Shown here in pieces: positions 52,129-64,000 of a stretch of DNA of 64,000 nucleotides (within the stretch, counting starts at the first letter, position 1; each line of letters starts with the position of its first letter). The DNA lies in the NCBI GenBank assembly GCA_030324005.1, contig JARDVH010000193.1, positions 84,994,457 through 85,058,456 on the forward strand, written 5' to 3'. Position numbers and translations under genes: made by a program. The notes beneath the pieces are model-generated. The model was not told the DNA's origin and did not search any database. It was given only the letters and a program-made list of their open reading frames with translations. The stretch comes from Negaprion brevirostris (taxonomy: Eukaryota).

Positions 52129-52954
52129 TGATCCAAGGATCTTTTACATCCATTTGAACAGGAAAATAGGGCCTTGTTTAATGTCTTGTTCAAAAGATGG
52201 CACCTCCAACAGTGCAGAACTTCTCAGTGATGCAATGGAATGTCAACCTTGATATTTGTTCTTGAGGTCTGGACGAAACTTGAGTTCAGTGCCTATTAAC
52301 TGAGGTGAGAGTTCTATCAATTGAGCCATCACTGGCAGAAACTCTCTAGTGACATGTATAGGGTATAAATTTTGTATAAACATGTAGGGTAGGAAGGAAA
52401 AAGCACCTTAAGGAAGTATATAACCCACTTTAAATAGTAAAATTATTCAAATTAAATTGCACTCTAAATTTAACAAATTTGTTTGAGGCTCTATGACCAG
52501 CACACATCTCATTCATGTAAAATAGGCACATGTCTGCTGAATTGGTATGACTGAATATGGCCTAATTATTAAAGCACAGCTATTGCATTTCAGATATGTG
52601 TATAAATGTTTTTTTATATGCTTATCTGCTTCAGCTCTGAACTTTTTCCTCTGCATACTTATACATTATGCTAAACGTTAATTTTGTGGAATATTTTCAA
52701 TTGCTGTTGAACTACAAGTTGCATCTAATAAAGCTGTGAGGAAGGAATCTCTTTGGCTGTTTCCTCTGTATTAAGAAAACAGACAATGACTTGCTCACAG
52801 CCAGAAAAAGACTTATCAATACCGAAGCACCTGTCTTTACAGACAGTACCATTTCTACAGCAGAGAGCTGTCTTTTCCAACTCTGCTTCACTGAATGACA
52901 GAACTATGTCAACGGCTGCACATTGGTTTAGCAACAACCTCAAGGGTCCTCTCA

Positions 52955-53457
52955 TAGATACTGCTGCCTCACAGTGCCAGGGACCCGTGTTCAGTTCCCA
53001 GCTTGGGTCACTGTGTAGACCTTGCATGTTCTTCGCGTGTCTGCATGGGTTTCCTCCCACAGTCCAAAAGATGTGCAGGTTAGAACATAACATAAGAACA
53101 TAAGAAATAGGAGCAGGAGTAGGCCATCCAGCCCTTCGAGCCTGCCCCGCCATTCANNNNNNNNNNNNNNNNNNNNNNNNNNNNNNNNNNNNNNNNNNNN
53201 NNNNNNNNNNNNNNNNNNNNNNNNNNNNNNNNNNNNNNNNNNNNNNNNNNNNNNNNCGGCGACCAAAACTGCACACAGTACTCCAGCTGCGGCCTCACCA
53301 GTGCCCTGTACAGCTGCAGCAAGGTGCATTGGCCTTGCTAAATTCTCCATCAGTGTACCGGAACAGGCGCCAAACTGTGGCGACTAGGGGAAATTCACAG
53401 TAACTTCATTGCTGTGTTAATGCAAACCGACTTGTGACACTAATAAATAAACTTAGT
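52955..53457 (+). mobile_element. Type-2 SINE interrupted by a young CR1 3' fragment (-, ~53083-53320)
   Basis: The SINE breaks at gatgtgcaggtt|ag and resumes at aggtgcattggcc. The insert encodes LQLYRALVRPQLEYCVQFWSP. Confidence 0.85.
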
Positions 53458-54270
53458 TGTGAAGGCCACAACATTTGATTTTCATGCAACGTTTTCCTTC
53501 CAGGCAAAACAGTAGTGAGATAAGCTAATTTGTGATTTATACCCATGAAGAACAAATGGCTAACAAATATTTGCTATGCAAACGTTTGATTCTTCCCTAT
53601 TGGAAAAGAGACAATAATTGGAGAGGGTAGAGAGCATTTTAATCACCTGTGTGACAATATTGTGCCTTTAAGAAATGTATTTGTGCCATGTTTATTGTGC
53701 AAGATTCCTTTCAGGAGTCAATTCTATTTACTGGTGCTGCTTTATCTATAACTGACAGCCTACAAATTAATGCTGCAGAAGCATAGTTGGTCCTAATTGC
53801 TGGAATGTTTGTTTGAACCTGTTCTAATACAGTGTTATTCTTGTGTTCCCCCTGAAGCTTTTCAGACAGTGATTGACCGGAATGTCATGTGACTGGTCAG
53901 GGCTAGGCTCACAGAGAAGTACGGGGCATTTAAATTAAACCAATAAAGTTAACAGACTCCAAACTGGCTTGAGTCACTGTATAGAGTTTGCATGTTCTCT
54001 CCTGGGTTTCCTCCGGGTTGTAGACAAAACCTAGTGCACACATAAACAAAAAGGGGAAACTACTCAAAATGGACCCTATAGATGATATTCTCCTAAAAAA
54101 ACTGTGTTGAATTCACGTAAAAACTGGAATAAATCCTGTTGGTTTCTCCAGCCATATTTTCAAAATGAANNNNNNNNNNNNNNNNNNNNNNNNNNNNNNN
54201 NNNNNNNNNNNNNNNNNNNNNNNNNNNNNNNNNNNNNNNNNNNNNNNNNNNNNNNNNNNNNNNNNNNNNT

Positions 54271-54992
54271 TGGGAGGGTCCCAATGCCCTGATGCCAGCA
54301 AAACAGGGAGGGAGGGGTGGGGGAGCATGCTGCTGATGAGACAGATGGGATGAGAGAGAGGGGTGTCCCAGTGCACTCTAGGATAATGATGCCCTTGAGA
54401 AACAGTGCCTGCACGCCCTATTTGCCACCCTCTATCCCGAACCCCCCTGCCGCCCCAATCACCCAAACCCACCCCCACAAGTGCCGTGCATAACATCCAA
54501 CTTGGCAAAAAGTGACTGAGTGGGGGAGGTTTACGATGTGAAACGTGCCTGAGAGACTCCATTATTGTCATCGCTATGACTCTTCGAAACCTTTTGGGAG
54601 AATCCTGTCATTCATCTTATTTTGGAAAATTCCACCCATTCATTCAGCTAAACTCACTGAGGGGGATCCGCCCCCCACCTCTTTCCCTCTGCCCTGCCCC
54701 CACTGCAGTCCCAATCTCTTCTCTACCCGTCCCCACCGGCAGCTCTGACCACCCTCCCCTCCCCAGCAGACCTTATTACTCCCCCCAGTCCCGATCCCAT
54801 GGGATAGCTAGCCCCGATCATAGCCTCCGTCACCACACCTGACTGCTGAGTAGCAGCAGACCCTCACCAATATCTCACGACAAGCCCTGCCCCTAGGCAC
54901 TGCCTGATGCCCAATGGGCAGTGCCAAGGACATTGCCAGTATGCCCCTTGGGCAGTGCCAGGGGGCCAGGCTGGCACTGGAGAATTGCCCCC
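54271..54992. mobile_element. GC-rich Harbinger-like MITE, right part
   Basis: Ends ggagaattgcccc. The ggcagtgcca-type repeats at 54895-54965 mirror 2390-2450. Confidence 0.55.
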
Positions 54993-55080
54993 TAAATGTC
55001 AATAAAAACAGAAAATGCCAGAAAAACTCAGCAGATCTGGCAGCATTTGGAGAGAAAGAAACAGAGTTAATGTTCCAAGT

Positions 55081-55352
55081 ATTTATTTTTATTATTGTCA
55101 CAAGTAGGCTGTGAAAATCCCTCTTAGTCGCCACACTCTGGCGCCTGTTTAGGTAAACTGAGGGAGAATTAGCATGGCCAGTTCATCAGACCAGTATGTC
55201 TTTCAGACCATGGGAGGAAACCGGAGCACCTGGAGAAACTTACGAAAATACTGGGAGAACATGCAGCTTCCACACAGACAGTGACCCAAGCCAGAAATTG
55301 AACCCAAATCCCTGGTGCTGTGAGGCAGCAGTGCTAACCACTGTGCCACTGT
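55081..55352 (-). mobile_element. Type-2 SINE, preceded by an inverted Penelope-like terminus (55000-55080)
   Basis: ttattgtcacaagtaggct..tgtgaggcagcagtgctaaccactgtgcca. Upstream lies aaaaacagaaaatgc..ctcagcagatctggcagc. Confidence 0.8.
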
Positions 55353-55438
55353 GCAACCATGATTTTTGGGTTAAAATTAAAATTACCCCCTAATCCCATA
55401 ACCCTTTTGTCTCCTCATCCTGTTTACTATTAGCCTAC

Positions 55439-56541
55439 TGTTATATGATCCAAACTGAGCTCGTGAGTGGAAACTGGGGAACTGCAACTTCAACATGCTT
55501 CGATAATTCCAAGCGTGTGTGGAGCAGGGGGTGCAGACACAACTTGGCATTTTTGAAGTTTCTTGGATTGAGGACTTGTGCAAAAAGAAAATGGCATGAA
55601 AACCCTGATCATATGAAAGAGCACCACAGTTGAAAAATATCCTGGGCAGGAAGAGGTCCCAGTTAACAGAAAAGAGAGTGAAGGAGAGAAAAAGGTTCCA
55701 AGCAGCAAAGGAGCTGCAGCTGGCAGACTTTAAGTAATGGGCATTTGGGGAAAGCCATAGAGACCGAGGTGGCACCCAAAGATCGGTGACTCAGTGCTGC
55801 AAGCTGTTTGGGTGAAGGAATCCTTTGGAGCAGTAGAATTTTGCTTGGCATAGCCAAAAAGCTTGTTCTGCGTTGGTGCTAGAATGCAGAATTGGGAAAC
55901 CAAGAGAATGGAGTCCTGAAAGACAAGATTGAAACCCCAGAGGTTGGCCGTTGTTGAGGCAATCCAAGTTGGAGTAAGTTTTGGAGAGAATTCCAAGTTT
56001 ACATCGTTGAAGGTAAAGACTGGAATCCCTCATGAAGGAGACAGAGTTTTAGTCTGATTGGTTGACTCACTGTATACAGACGTCTGAATGGGTTGTTGAG
56101 AAATCTGTGGAATATTATCTTGGTCGCATCTGTCATTTATTGTGCAGTGTGATGTGTTTGACCACAGTTTGCCATTAATTCATATGTACCTCAGACCAGA
56201 GTACAAGATAGATATCATCAACTATTTTATCTTTCTGACCTTGTGTAGTAAAGTTTATTTTGTTTGTTTAAAACCATGGATTCTTGTGGCTTTATTCCCT
56301 TAGCAAGGTGTATGTTCTTGCACCACATTGACTGTAACAGTTCATGAAGGTGGCTCACCACCACCTTGTCAAGAGCGATTAGGTTTGGGCACTATATGCT
56401 GGTCTAACCACCAACGCCCATGTCACATGAAGGAATAAAAAAAAATCTTGAATCTCAAGCTTTGTCTACTTCAAACAAAAGGTTACTGGTTCCTAACTGG
56501 ATTATACTAACAATTTGGGGGTCAGGTCCATGATCGTAACA
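55439..56541 (+). mobile_element. Probable solo LTR (~1.1 kb) containing a LINE tail insert at ~56320-56445
   Basis: TG...CA ends with short inverted termini tgttatatgatc ... gatcgtaaca, and agtaaa at ~56248. No matching TSD was found. Confidence 0.5.
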
Positions 56542-57517
56542 CAGTCCAGTTATAACTGACCTGTATCCTTCTATGCTTCTTAATGCACCCCCTGACTGTA
56601 TATACAACAGTTCAGCACTGGGTTGACCTCAGACTAGAGGCTATGTTATAAATTCTGGTCTGCAGTAAAAACCAAGTTGAATTTAGTAGTGCCAGTTACT
56701 CTGGTACCCAGCATGAATCTTTGGTTTTACTAAGAGTTGGCTTACACTATCCCTATCTATGGGTATTACAGCTAAATCTGCAAATGTAAAAATGTAGTCT
56801 GAATAAGATAACCTATCTTTCTCAAGTGCATTTCTTCAGTCTTCAAGGGTAAGGCATGCTTCAAATCATCAAACAGTTTTACTCAACAGTAAGATGAACA
56901 TATAGAGCAATAGTTATGGTCAAGTTGACTCATGCAACTGTTAACTCCTTTGTCTGTGCATCAGTATCTTCCTCCTTTGAATATTACAACTATATTTGCT
57001 TTCTTCTATTTTTTAATCACACCATAATTAAAGCAGCTCTGAAAATTATCAAACAAGCTTTACTTATTTTCTCTTTTTAATTCCCTGAGAACTTTAAAAT
57101 GTATTCCATATAACTTTGAGAGCATTGTTGATACTTAAACCTCAGTTTCTGTACAAGAGTAGCATTTGCTAACTTTTAGGTATTTGAGATTATTTACCCA
57201 TTTATTACATAATTGGGACTTGTGAAAACGCTTGTGAAAACTGATGTGCGAAATCAATTTAATATATCTTCTGTGTGATGATCACGTTGCTTCTATAAGT
57301 TCCACTTTATCATTCCTACCTGAAATTCATGCATCCAATGCTATTACTATATGACACAAATCGCATTAGGAATGTACCACTTGTACTGAAATAATGGGAC
57401 CTCGGATTGTTGAGGTACTGGCATCACAATGTGCCAATCTGTCAGTAGCAAAACTACAGACCTTGATTTGAAGATGTTCACCAAACTCTAGGTTCTTGCC
57501 ATTGATCAGATTAGGTT

Positions 57518-59497
57518 ATTGCTTATCATAGTTCAAATATTATTGCTAATGATCAAATTGTTGAACTTAGCCTTTCCTTTGAAAACTGGTGGTGCAAAGG
57601 CCATGGAGGATAATGGTTTGATATTTTGTGGTAAAGTACAGGTGTTAACATAAAAAGATTAATCTGCATTCAATCAACCCAGGAAAGCACCCTGTCAAAA
57701 AGTTTTACCCTGAAAATTAGGCCTCCAGGGTCAGTTTAACTAGTTAATAATAGATCACTGCATTGTAGAGTCAAGCTTCATGCCAGAAATTAAGCAGATA
57801 ATCTAAGATAAGAAGATTTTGTTAAGGCTGCTTTAAGGTAGTGCTACCTTGTTGGAGGTGAAATGTGAAACTAAAATACTATCTGCCTGTTGTGGTGGAT
57901 CTTAGAGATCTTTATGCCATTGTAGAAGAGCATTGAATTTATTTTTTGCACTCAAATGCAATCTAAAACTAAGGAATGAGACAGACCTTTCATTGCTGTT
58001 CTTGGGGCCTAGCTATTGCCGAAAGGTTCTAATATTTATCGACATTCAGTCACTTCCTTGTAAATTCATTGGGCACGATCTTACCTGTCATTGATGCCAC
58101 ATTGCCGCTGCGGTGAGATTGGAGAATTTGGTGGCCAGCCAAATCTACGTTCACTGGAGCAGAATGGGAAAATCCAGCCAGCGCAAATAGTATGTGAAGA
58201 GTTTGAAGATGTTTCTGCAATGTGTGATGAAATGTTTTTTTTCTAATACCACTTTTCTAGTTAAATTGTTGTAGACTAATCATTTAAGTTGCTGTGTTCC
58301 TTGTTTTCCTTGTCTCTATCTTCCTTGTTTATTTCAACTTGCACTTTGCTGGTCTTAATTACTTGTTGTCNNNNNNNNNNNNNNNNNNNNNNNNNNNNNN
58401 NNNNNNNNNNNNNNNNNNNNNNNNNNNNNNNNNNNNNNNNNNNNNNNNNNNNNNNNNNNNNNNNNNNNNNTATCTTCCTTGTTTATTTCAACTTGCAATT
58501 TGCTGGTCTTAATTACTTGTTGTCATTTTAAACTATTTTGTGTAAATTTTAAGAAGGACAAAGTAATGGGAGTGGTTTACATTCATTAAAACAAGTTAAT
58601 AGTATAACCTACCAGGTGGGAAGGCTATCAGTTAGTTTCCTTCTGTGCCTGATCACACTGACTCTATACTCCATTCTGGGACCAGCTATTGATAAAATGG
58701 TTAGCACAGTTGTCTACGTGACAATAGTCGGTGCAGTAACATTGGTATTCCAACTACTGTCATATAGACAAATATGATCACTATTTTGTCAAAGGCTAGG
58801 TCCCCGGAATGTGATGTATGTTTAGTTCATTAGGTGTAGTTGGTATTTGTTGCAGAAAATTAACTCCATGGTCTACATTTAATGGTGGTATGAGATCTCC
58901 AATATCCACCTGAACAGGCAGACGGCATCATAATTTAATATTTAATCTCCAACAATGTACTTAATACTGTGATGAACGGTTATCCTGACTCAAAACGTTG
59001 GCTCTATTCTCTCTTCACAGATGTTGTCAGACGTGCTGAGATTTTCCAGCATTTTCTGTTTTTGAACTTAATACTGCAATATTTTATCAGCCTAGATAAT
59101 GTATTTTTACATGTTTATTTCCTGCATGAGGTTTGAATCCAAATTAAATAATACTATAACTGCGCCATGTTTACTCTTGAGGCCTGTGGTATAAGCTACA
59201 TTAACCCCGTGGGGTTAATTGCTTATCATAGTTCAAATATTATTGCTAATGATAAAATTGTTGAACTTAGCCTTTCCTTTGAAAACTGGTCGTGCAAAGG
59301 CCATGGAGGATAATGGTTTGATATTTTGTGGTAAAGTACAGGTATTAACATAAAAAGATTAATCTGCATTCAATCAACCCAGGAAAGCACCCTGTCAAAA
59401 AATTTTACCCTGAAAATTAGGCCTCCAGGGTCAGTTTAGCTAGTTAATAATAGATCACTGCATTGTAGAGTCAAGCTTCATGCCAGAAATTAAGCAG
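57518..59497. repeat. Direct duplication of ~280 bp (57518-57797 and 59218-59497), offset 1700 bp
   Basis: The copies are collinear with five substitutions counted by eye. The second copy runs into an N gap. Confidence 0.92.
58970..59065 (+). mobile_element. Penelope-like terminus inserted in a decayed minus-strand Deu-type SINE (~58880-59160)
   Basis: tgatgaacggttatcctgactcaaaacgttggctc..ctgagattttccagcattttctgttttt. gtacttaatactg/aacttaatactg recurs on the two sides. Confidence 0.55.
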
Positions 59498-59838
59498 NNN
59501 NNNNNNNNNNNNNNNNNNNNNNNNNNNNNNNNNNNNNNNNNNNNNNNNNNNNNNNNNNNNNNNNNNNNNNNNNNNNNNNNNNNNNNNNNNNNNNNNNNNN
59601 NNNNNNNNNNNNNNNNNNNNNNNNNNNNNNNNNNNNNNNNNNNNNNNNNNNNNNNNNNNNNNNNNNNNNNNNNNNNNNNNNNNNNNNNNNNNNNNNNNNN
59701 NNNNNNNNNNNNNNNNNNNNNNNNNNNNNNNNNNNNNNNNNNNNNNNNNNNNNNNNNNNNNNNNNNNNNNNNNNNNNNNNNNNNNNNNNNNNNNNNNNNN
59801 NNNNNNNNNNNNNNNNNNNNNNNNNNNNNNNNNNNNNN

Positions 59839-60105
59839 GTCTGCCCATGGTGCCAGGAACCTGGGTTCGATTCCCAGCTTGGATTACTGTCTGTGCAGAG
59901 TCTGCATGTTCTCTCGTTGGATTTCCTCCAGGTGCTCCAGTTTCCTCCCACAGTCCAAAAGATGTGCTGGTTAGATGCACTGACCATTGCTAAATTCTCC
60001 CTCAGTGTACCTGAACAGGCACCAGAGTGAGGCCACTAGGGGATTTTCACAGTAACTTCCTTGCAGTCTTAATGTAAGCCTACTTCTGACACTAATAAAT
60101 AAACT
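59839..60105 (+). mobile_element. Type-2 SINE ending ~60 nt upstream of a DLG3 acceptor
   Basis: gggttcgattccc B box and tail ..cctacttctgacactaataaataaact. Confidence 0.9.
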
Positions 60106-60166
60106 CATGCACAGTCAGTTTCCAGTACTAGTTTATGACATTTTATTTTGTGTTTTTATTTCTCAG

Positions 60167-60242
60167 AGTTGAGAAGAAAGAGCGGGCAAGATTAAAAACT
60201 GTAAAATTCCATGCCAGGCCTGGAGTCATTGAAATGAAAGGG
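60167..60242 (+). CDS. dlg3: DLG3 coding exon, 76 nt: end of SH3 / start of HOOK region
   Basis: Bounded by ttttatttctcag| and |gtaagt. It encodes (R)VEKKERARLKTVKFHARPGVIEMKG in frame with the previous exon (CG|A). It is not in the ORF track. Confidence 0.95.
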
Positions 60243-61579
60243 GTAAGTATGAAAATCAAACTGCTGGGAAAAATCTAATATTTAAGAACTATAGCAAGAT
60301 TATTGACCCTCACCTCTTTTTCTGTGGCCCTGTTCCCCCTAGTTATGGTCTGCAGAATTATAAACCTCATCATCCACTTTTCTCCTGCGCTTGTACTGTT
60401 TGGTATAGTGGCATCAAACAGTGACAGGAGGCAATTGATTTTGATGAGGGTGTCATGAGAAAGAAATCCTGCATGATCTTGAAAGCTTTATTTATTTTGG
60501 ATGGGATTCCCTGATTTAATTCACTAGTGAGAATGGAGAATTTGGCACTCAGCCAAAAATCAATTTCTCAGTGGCACCAGAGAATCCCAGCTATGGGTCA
60601 GGTCAGAGATTTCCAGCATTTATCTTACATTTTACGTATGTAAGAAGGGATCTCAGTGTGACATATTGAACACTATAGGATGCAATGAGCAGAAGTTAAA
60701 GTCATCACAAATACAGTTAAAAGGGTCTGTCTCTGTTGAGTGACCTCGTGTCTAATCCTGTCTGGCTAATGATTCTGTGGGGTGGTGAGCATGACATCAA
60801 CTAGTCCTGTACTGTTTAAGGTCCAATAGTGCTCTTCTATCACAATAGAATTATAAAATCCATAATTTTCCATCTTAGCAAAGTAATTGTGCATCTGTGT
60901 ATCTTCCATTGAGTTATCCTGATGCTACTGACAATTGCCCAGATTGGATTCAGTGTACGGGCTGCTGCATCATTCTGTAACATTTCCACAACAAAAATAG
61001 GACAATTTACTTCCAACATATGTTTGAATTGTTTGGGCATTTATTAATGAGCCTGAGACCCAAAATCTCTCTGGACTCAGATAACAAATCAGACAAAAAA
61101 AAATGTGCTTTTTCAATGTTTTGGTATTTCAGGCCAGTGATACAAGAAATCAATAATACTACATCAGTGAAGTGGATGACTCTAACAGCTGGTGTTCACA
61201 TTTATTCACATTCTCAAAGTCACTCTCTTCTCTCATGCTATTGAACTCCAAACATATTTCTTTTCTGACACTATGACTTATTCAGTCATATTCTTATATT
61301 CACTCACTTGAATTCCACACCCGTATGTAGATTTTTAAGGGTTGGAGTTTTAATCAGGGATTGGGAAATGGAGGGCTAGTTCTGTGTTCTGACCGGGCAA
61401 GGCATGCATTAGGCATACCCACTACAATCTTCAGCCAAATAAAGGGCAGGGAGCAGGCCTGCTGTCCAATCACAGTGGTGGGCGGATTCCCATTGTTCAG
61501 TTCTCTGGCAGGGCAACCCTTCCAGAGGATGACCCGGCAGCTGTTATAGATCCAGGGGTGGACCCTCATGTGGTTTATT

Positions 61580-61908
61580 AGGGTGGCACGGTGGCACAGT
61601 GGTTAGCACTGCTGCCTCACAGCTCCAAAGACCCAGGTTCAATTCCTGTTCAGCTCACCGTCTGTGTGGAGTTTGCACATTCTCCCCGTGTTTGCACAGG
61701 CTTCCTCCAGGTGCTCTGGCTTCCTCCCACAGTCCACAGATTTGCGGATTAGGTTGATTGGCTATGCTAAATTGATCCTAGTGTCAGGAGGATTAGCAGA
61801 GTTAATATAGAGGGGTGATGGGAATAGGGCCTGGGTGGGATTGTTGTCAGGGCAGACTCAGTGGGTCGAATGGCTTCCTTCTGCACTGTAGGATTTCTAT
61901 GGTTTCTA
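61580..61908 (+). mobile_element. HE1-like SINE, full length
   Basis: gggtggcacggtggcacagtggttagcactgctgcctcacag head and ..ctgcactgtaggatttctatg tail. Confidence 0.9.
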
Positions 61909-62349
61909 TTTATTGCAAAATGGCAGCAGTTCTGGATGAGCTGAAATTTGAGGTGTTGGGGTACGAATGCTGTGGTTTCTCAAATTGGGACCTACCATTT
62001 GAATTTTGTGCCATCTTGTGATGCAGACACAAGATTTGTTTACATATTTTGTAAATTGAAGGTACACATGCTTTGTGACAGATATATTAAACCTGTGTCA
62101 GTAAGTGAAAATGTAGCTAAATTGTTCTACAATGTTACAATGCTGTAATGTAAAGAGACCTTTTAAAGACTGATTGTGATAAGAATTTTAGTTGTACACT
62201 GCAAGTTGGCTATATATCCGGCTGAGATATGAGTGTGTTGAGCTTCAGTGTTAGGTGTGGGTGGACAGTTGATGTGGACAGCAGACAGGCAAAAGCTTGT
62301 ACCTTAGAGTCTTGCACCTTGCATGGTGTTGTGTATCAACTCCTTATTG

Positions 62350-62628
62350 GGCAGCACAATGGTACGGTTATTAGCACTGCTGCCTTACAGCACCAGGGAC
62401 CTGGGTTTGATTCCTGGCTTGGGTCACTATCTGTGTGGAGGTTGCATGCTCTCCCTTTGTCAGCGTGAGTTCCTCTGGGTGCTCCAGTTTCCTCCCATAG
62501 TTTGAAAGACATGCTGGTTAGGTGCATTGATCCGAACAGGCTCCGGAGGGTGGCGACTAGGGAAATTTCACAGTAACTTCATTGCAGTGTTCATGTAAGC
62601 CTTACTTGTGACTAACAAATATACTTCA
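62350..62628 (+). mobile_element. Type-2 SINE
   Basis: gggcagcacaatgg..ttagcactgctgcc head and ..ttcacagtaacttcattgcagtg..cttgtgactaacaaat tail. Confidence 0.85.
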
Positions 62629-63419
62629 AAAACTTTTACTACTGTATCTGTTCCCATGCAATACAGTACTATATAGTCAGTATTCAGCGTGGCCTCCAAC
62701 TCCTGCCAAATATAGCTGTCTGTTATCAGTTGAGGGTGCCCCAGAGTTCCAAAGGGCATTCTTCCTCTCTCACACCTCATATGACACCACAACAACTTCA
62801 CCAGCCGTCAGACAGGGGTCAGATAGCACTATTCCTCTGCCGTCTTATACAGTTTCTCCATATTGGCTTTTTAGTACTTTTGTTCATGGGCTTTTTTATC
62901 CTTATGTAGTTTTTGACNNNNNNNNNNNNNNNNNNNNNNNNNNNNNNNNNNNNNNNNNNNNNNNNNNNNNNNNNNNNNNNNNNNNNNNNNNCCCCCCCGC
63001 CCCTTACATGTTTGCTGGTTAACTGTCTGCAAGGTACCAACATTTGAAGTATTCATGTGCTGTGGTTAAAATAGTGAAACTCAGTTCCTGGCAGTTCTGG
63101 CATGCATAGATTGCAAAATTAGTCCTGTGTAATGCTTCAGTATTCATTTCTCAGGTCTGTATGAATAATTAGCAAGGACAGAGCTGTGTGTTTGTGCAGA
63201 GCTGGCCACTAATAGGGTGGTAGTGACTGCACTAATGCATTAATTCTAAGCTTCTATGTGTGGTTTAGCAAACATAGCTTATTGTGACCTTTGTCAAAGA
63301 AAATAGGTTAGGTTTACACCCAGGAAGTGGTGTAAAGATTGTTGCTGCATCCACTGAAAGTTGTACTGGTTTCCCCTTGTCAAAATCTCAAATTCAAAAT
63401 CTTATATCCTCAGCGTATA

Positions 63420-63785
63420 TTGATGGCCTTTATGATTTGACCAATCTGTCCTGTAACTTCTTTGAGCCCTAGAATTCTACCCTCCCTCCCCGCTACAATC
63501 TTTCCAGGAATCTCTGTTTCCTTAATTCTGGTCTCTTCTGTAACCTCTTTCCCACCATTGTTGGCTGAGGGTCTACTCACCACAGCTCCACTCTCAGTAA
63601 TTCCTCTCTAAATGCCTGTCCCTCTCCTCATCTTGGGCATATCTCTTTGACCAAGTTTTTTTAAATCAACCTTGTAAATAACCTTTTTCCTTATTTTAGC
63701 ACTTATTTTTGTCTGATGAAGCCTATGAAATGTCTTTGAGTATTTTTCCACAATTAGAGATGGTACATAAATGCAAGTTCTTGAC
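63420..63785 (+). mobile_element. Decayed L2-like LINE 3' end
   Basis: ctctttgaccaagtttt..aattagagatggtacataaatgcaagtt, similar to 13590-13750 and 48900-49130. Confidence 0.55.
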
Positions 63786-64000
63786 AACAGTAGTGGGCTC
63801 ATGCTAATGTTTTACAATGTTTATTGCTAATGAGGGAGTTCCTTTAAACGAGCAAAATCACAGAACTACAATTGCTGCCTTTGCATTCCCATCTATCTGC
63901 TACCAGATCATGTCATTTCAATATTCATATATTCAATTTTATTTATCATTTGGTATATCTGAATGTTCTGATCTTAAAATGCAAAGATTTTGTTCCACTC

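Larger units (their letters stand above)
49810..52330 (-). mobile_element. Deu-domain SINE (SacSINE1-like) split by nested insertions: 3' part 49810-50035, 5' part ~52126-52330
   Basis: The 3' part is acttgcatt..caaagtgc..caaacagcaatgtgataa. The 5' part is ggatcttttacatcca..gtttaatgtct..aaagatggcacctccaacagtgcag. Confidence 0.65.

Noticed and set aside
61110-61200. Acceptor-like ttggtatttcag (and ttcatttctcag at ~63150) as the next HOOK exon
   Set aside because: Phase-0 reading hits a stop within 8 codons and shows no similarity to known DLG HOOK inserts.

Overview
Eukaryotic (vertebrate) genomic DNA, almost certainly from a shark or other elasmobranch, judging by its SINE/LINE families. The draft assembly has many N gaps. 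The whole window lies inside the + strand transcription unit of DLG3 (SAP102, a MAGUK synaptic scaffold). Three coding exons are recognisable: 45803-45917 (PDZ3-SH3 linker), 48120-48296 (SH3) and 60167-60242 (HOOK start). All have canonical AG/GT sites and compatible phases. The preceding PDZ3 exon was not found, so bases 1-45802 are probably one large intron. The introns are full of decayed CR1, L2 and RTE LINE fragments, tRNA-headed SINEs with two different tails, Deu-domain SINEs, Harbinger-type MITEs, a Harbinger Myb/SANT gene relic, Penelope-like termini and a probable solo LTR. The best leads are: (i) a repeat-free, CpG-rich island at ~34.4-35.9 kb with a donor in phase with the next DLG3 exon, a candidate internal promoter/first exon for a PDZ-less isoform; (ii) a minimal hammerhead ribozyme motif in a Penelope-like end; (iii) a 280-bp duplication that begins at a hairpin. 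I found no evidence of a wholly new biological system. Almost all ORFs in the supplied track are spurious or derived from transposable elements. Repeat family names come from recalled sequence features, not from database searches.
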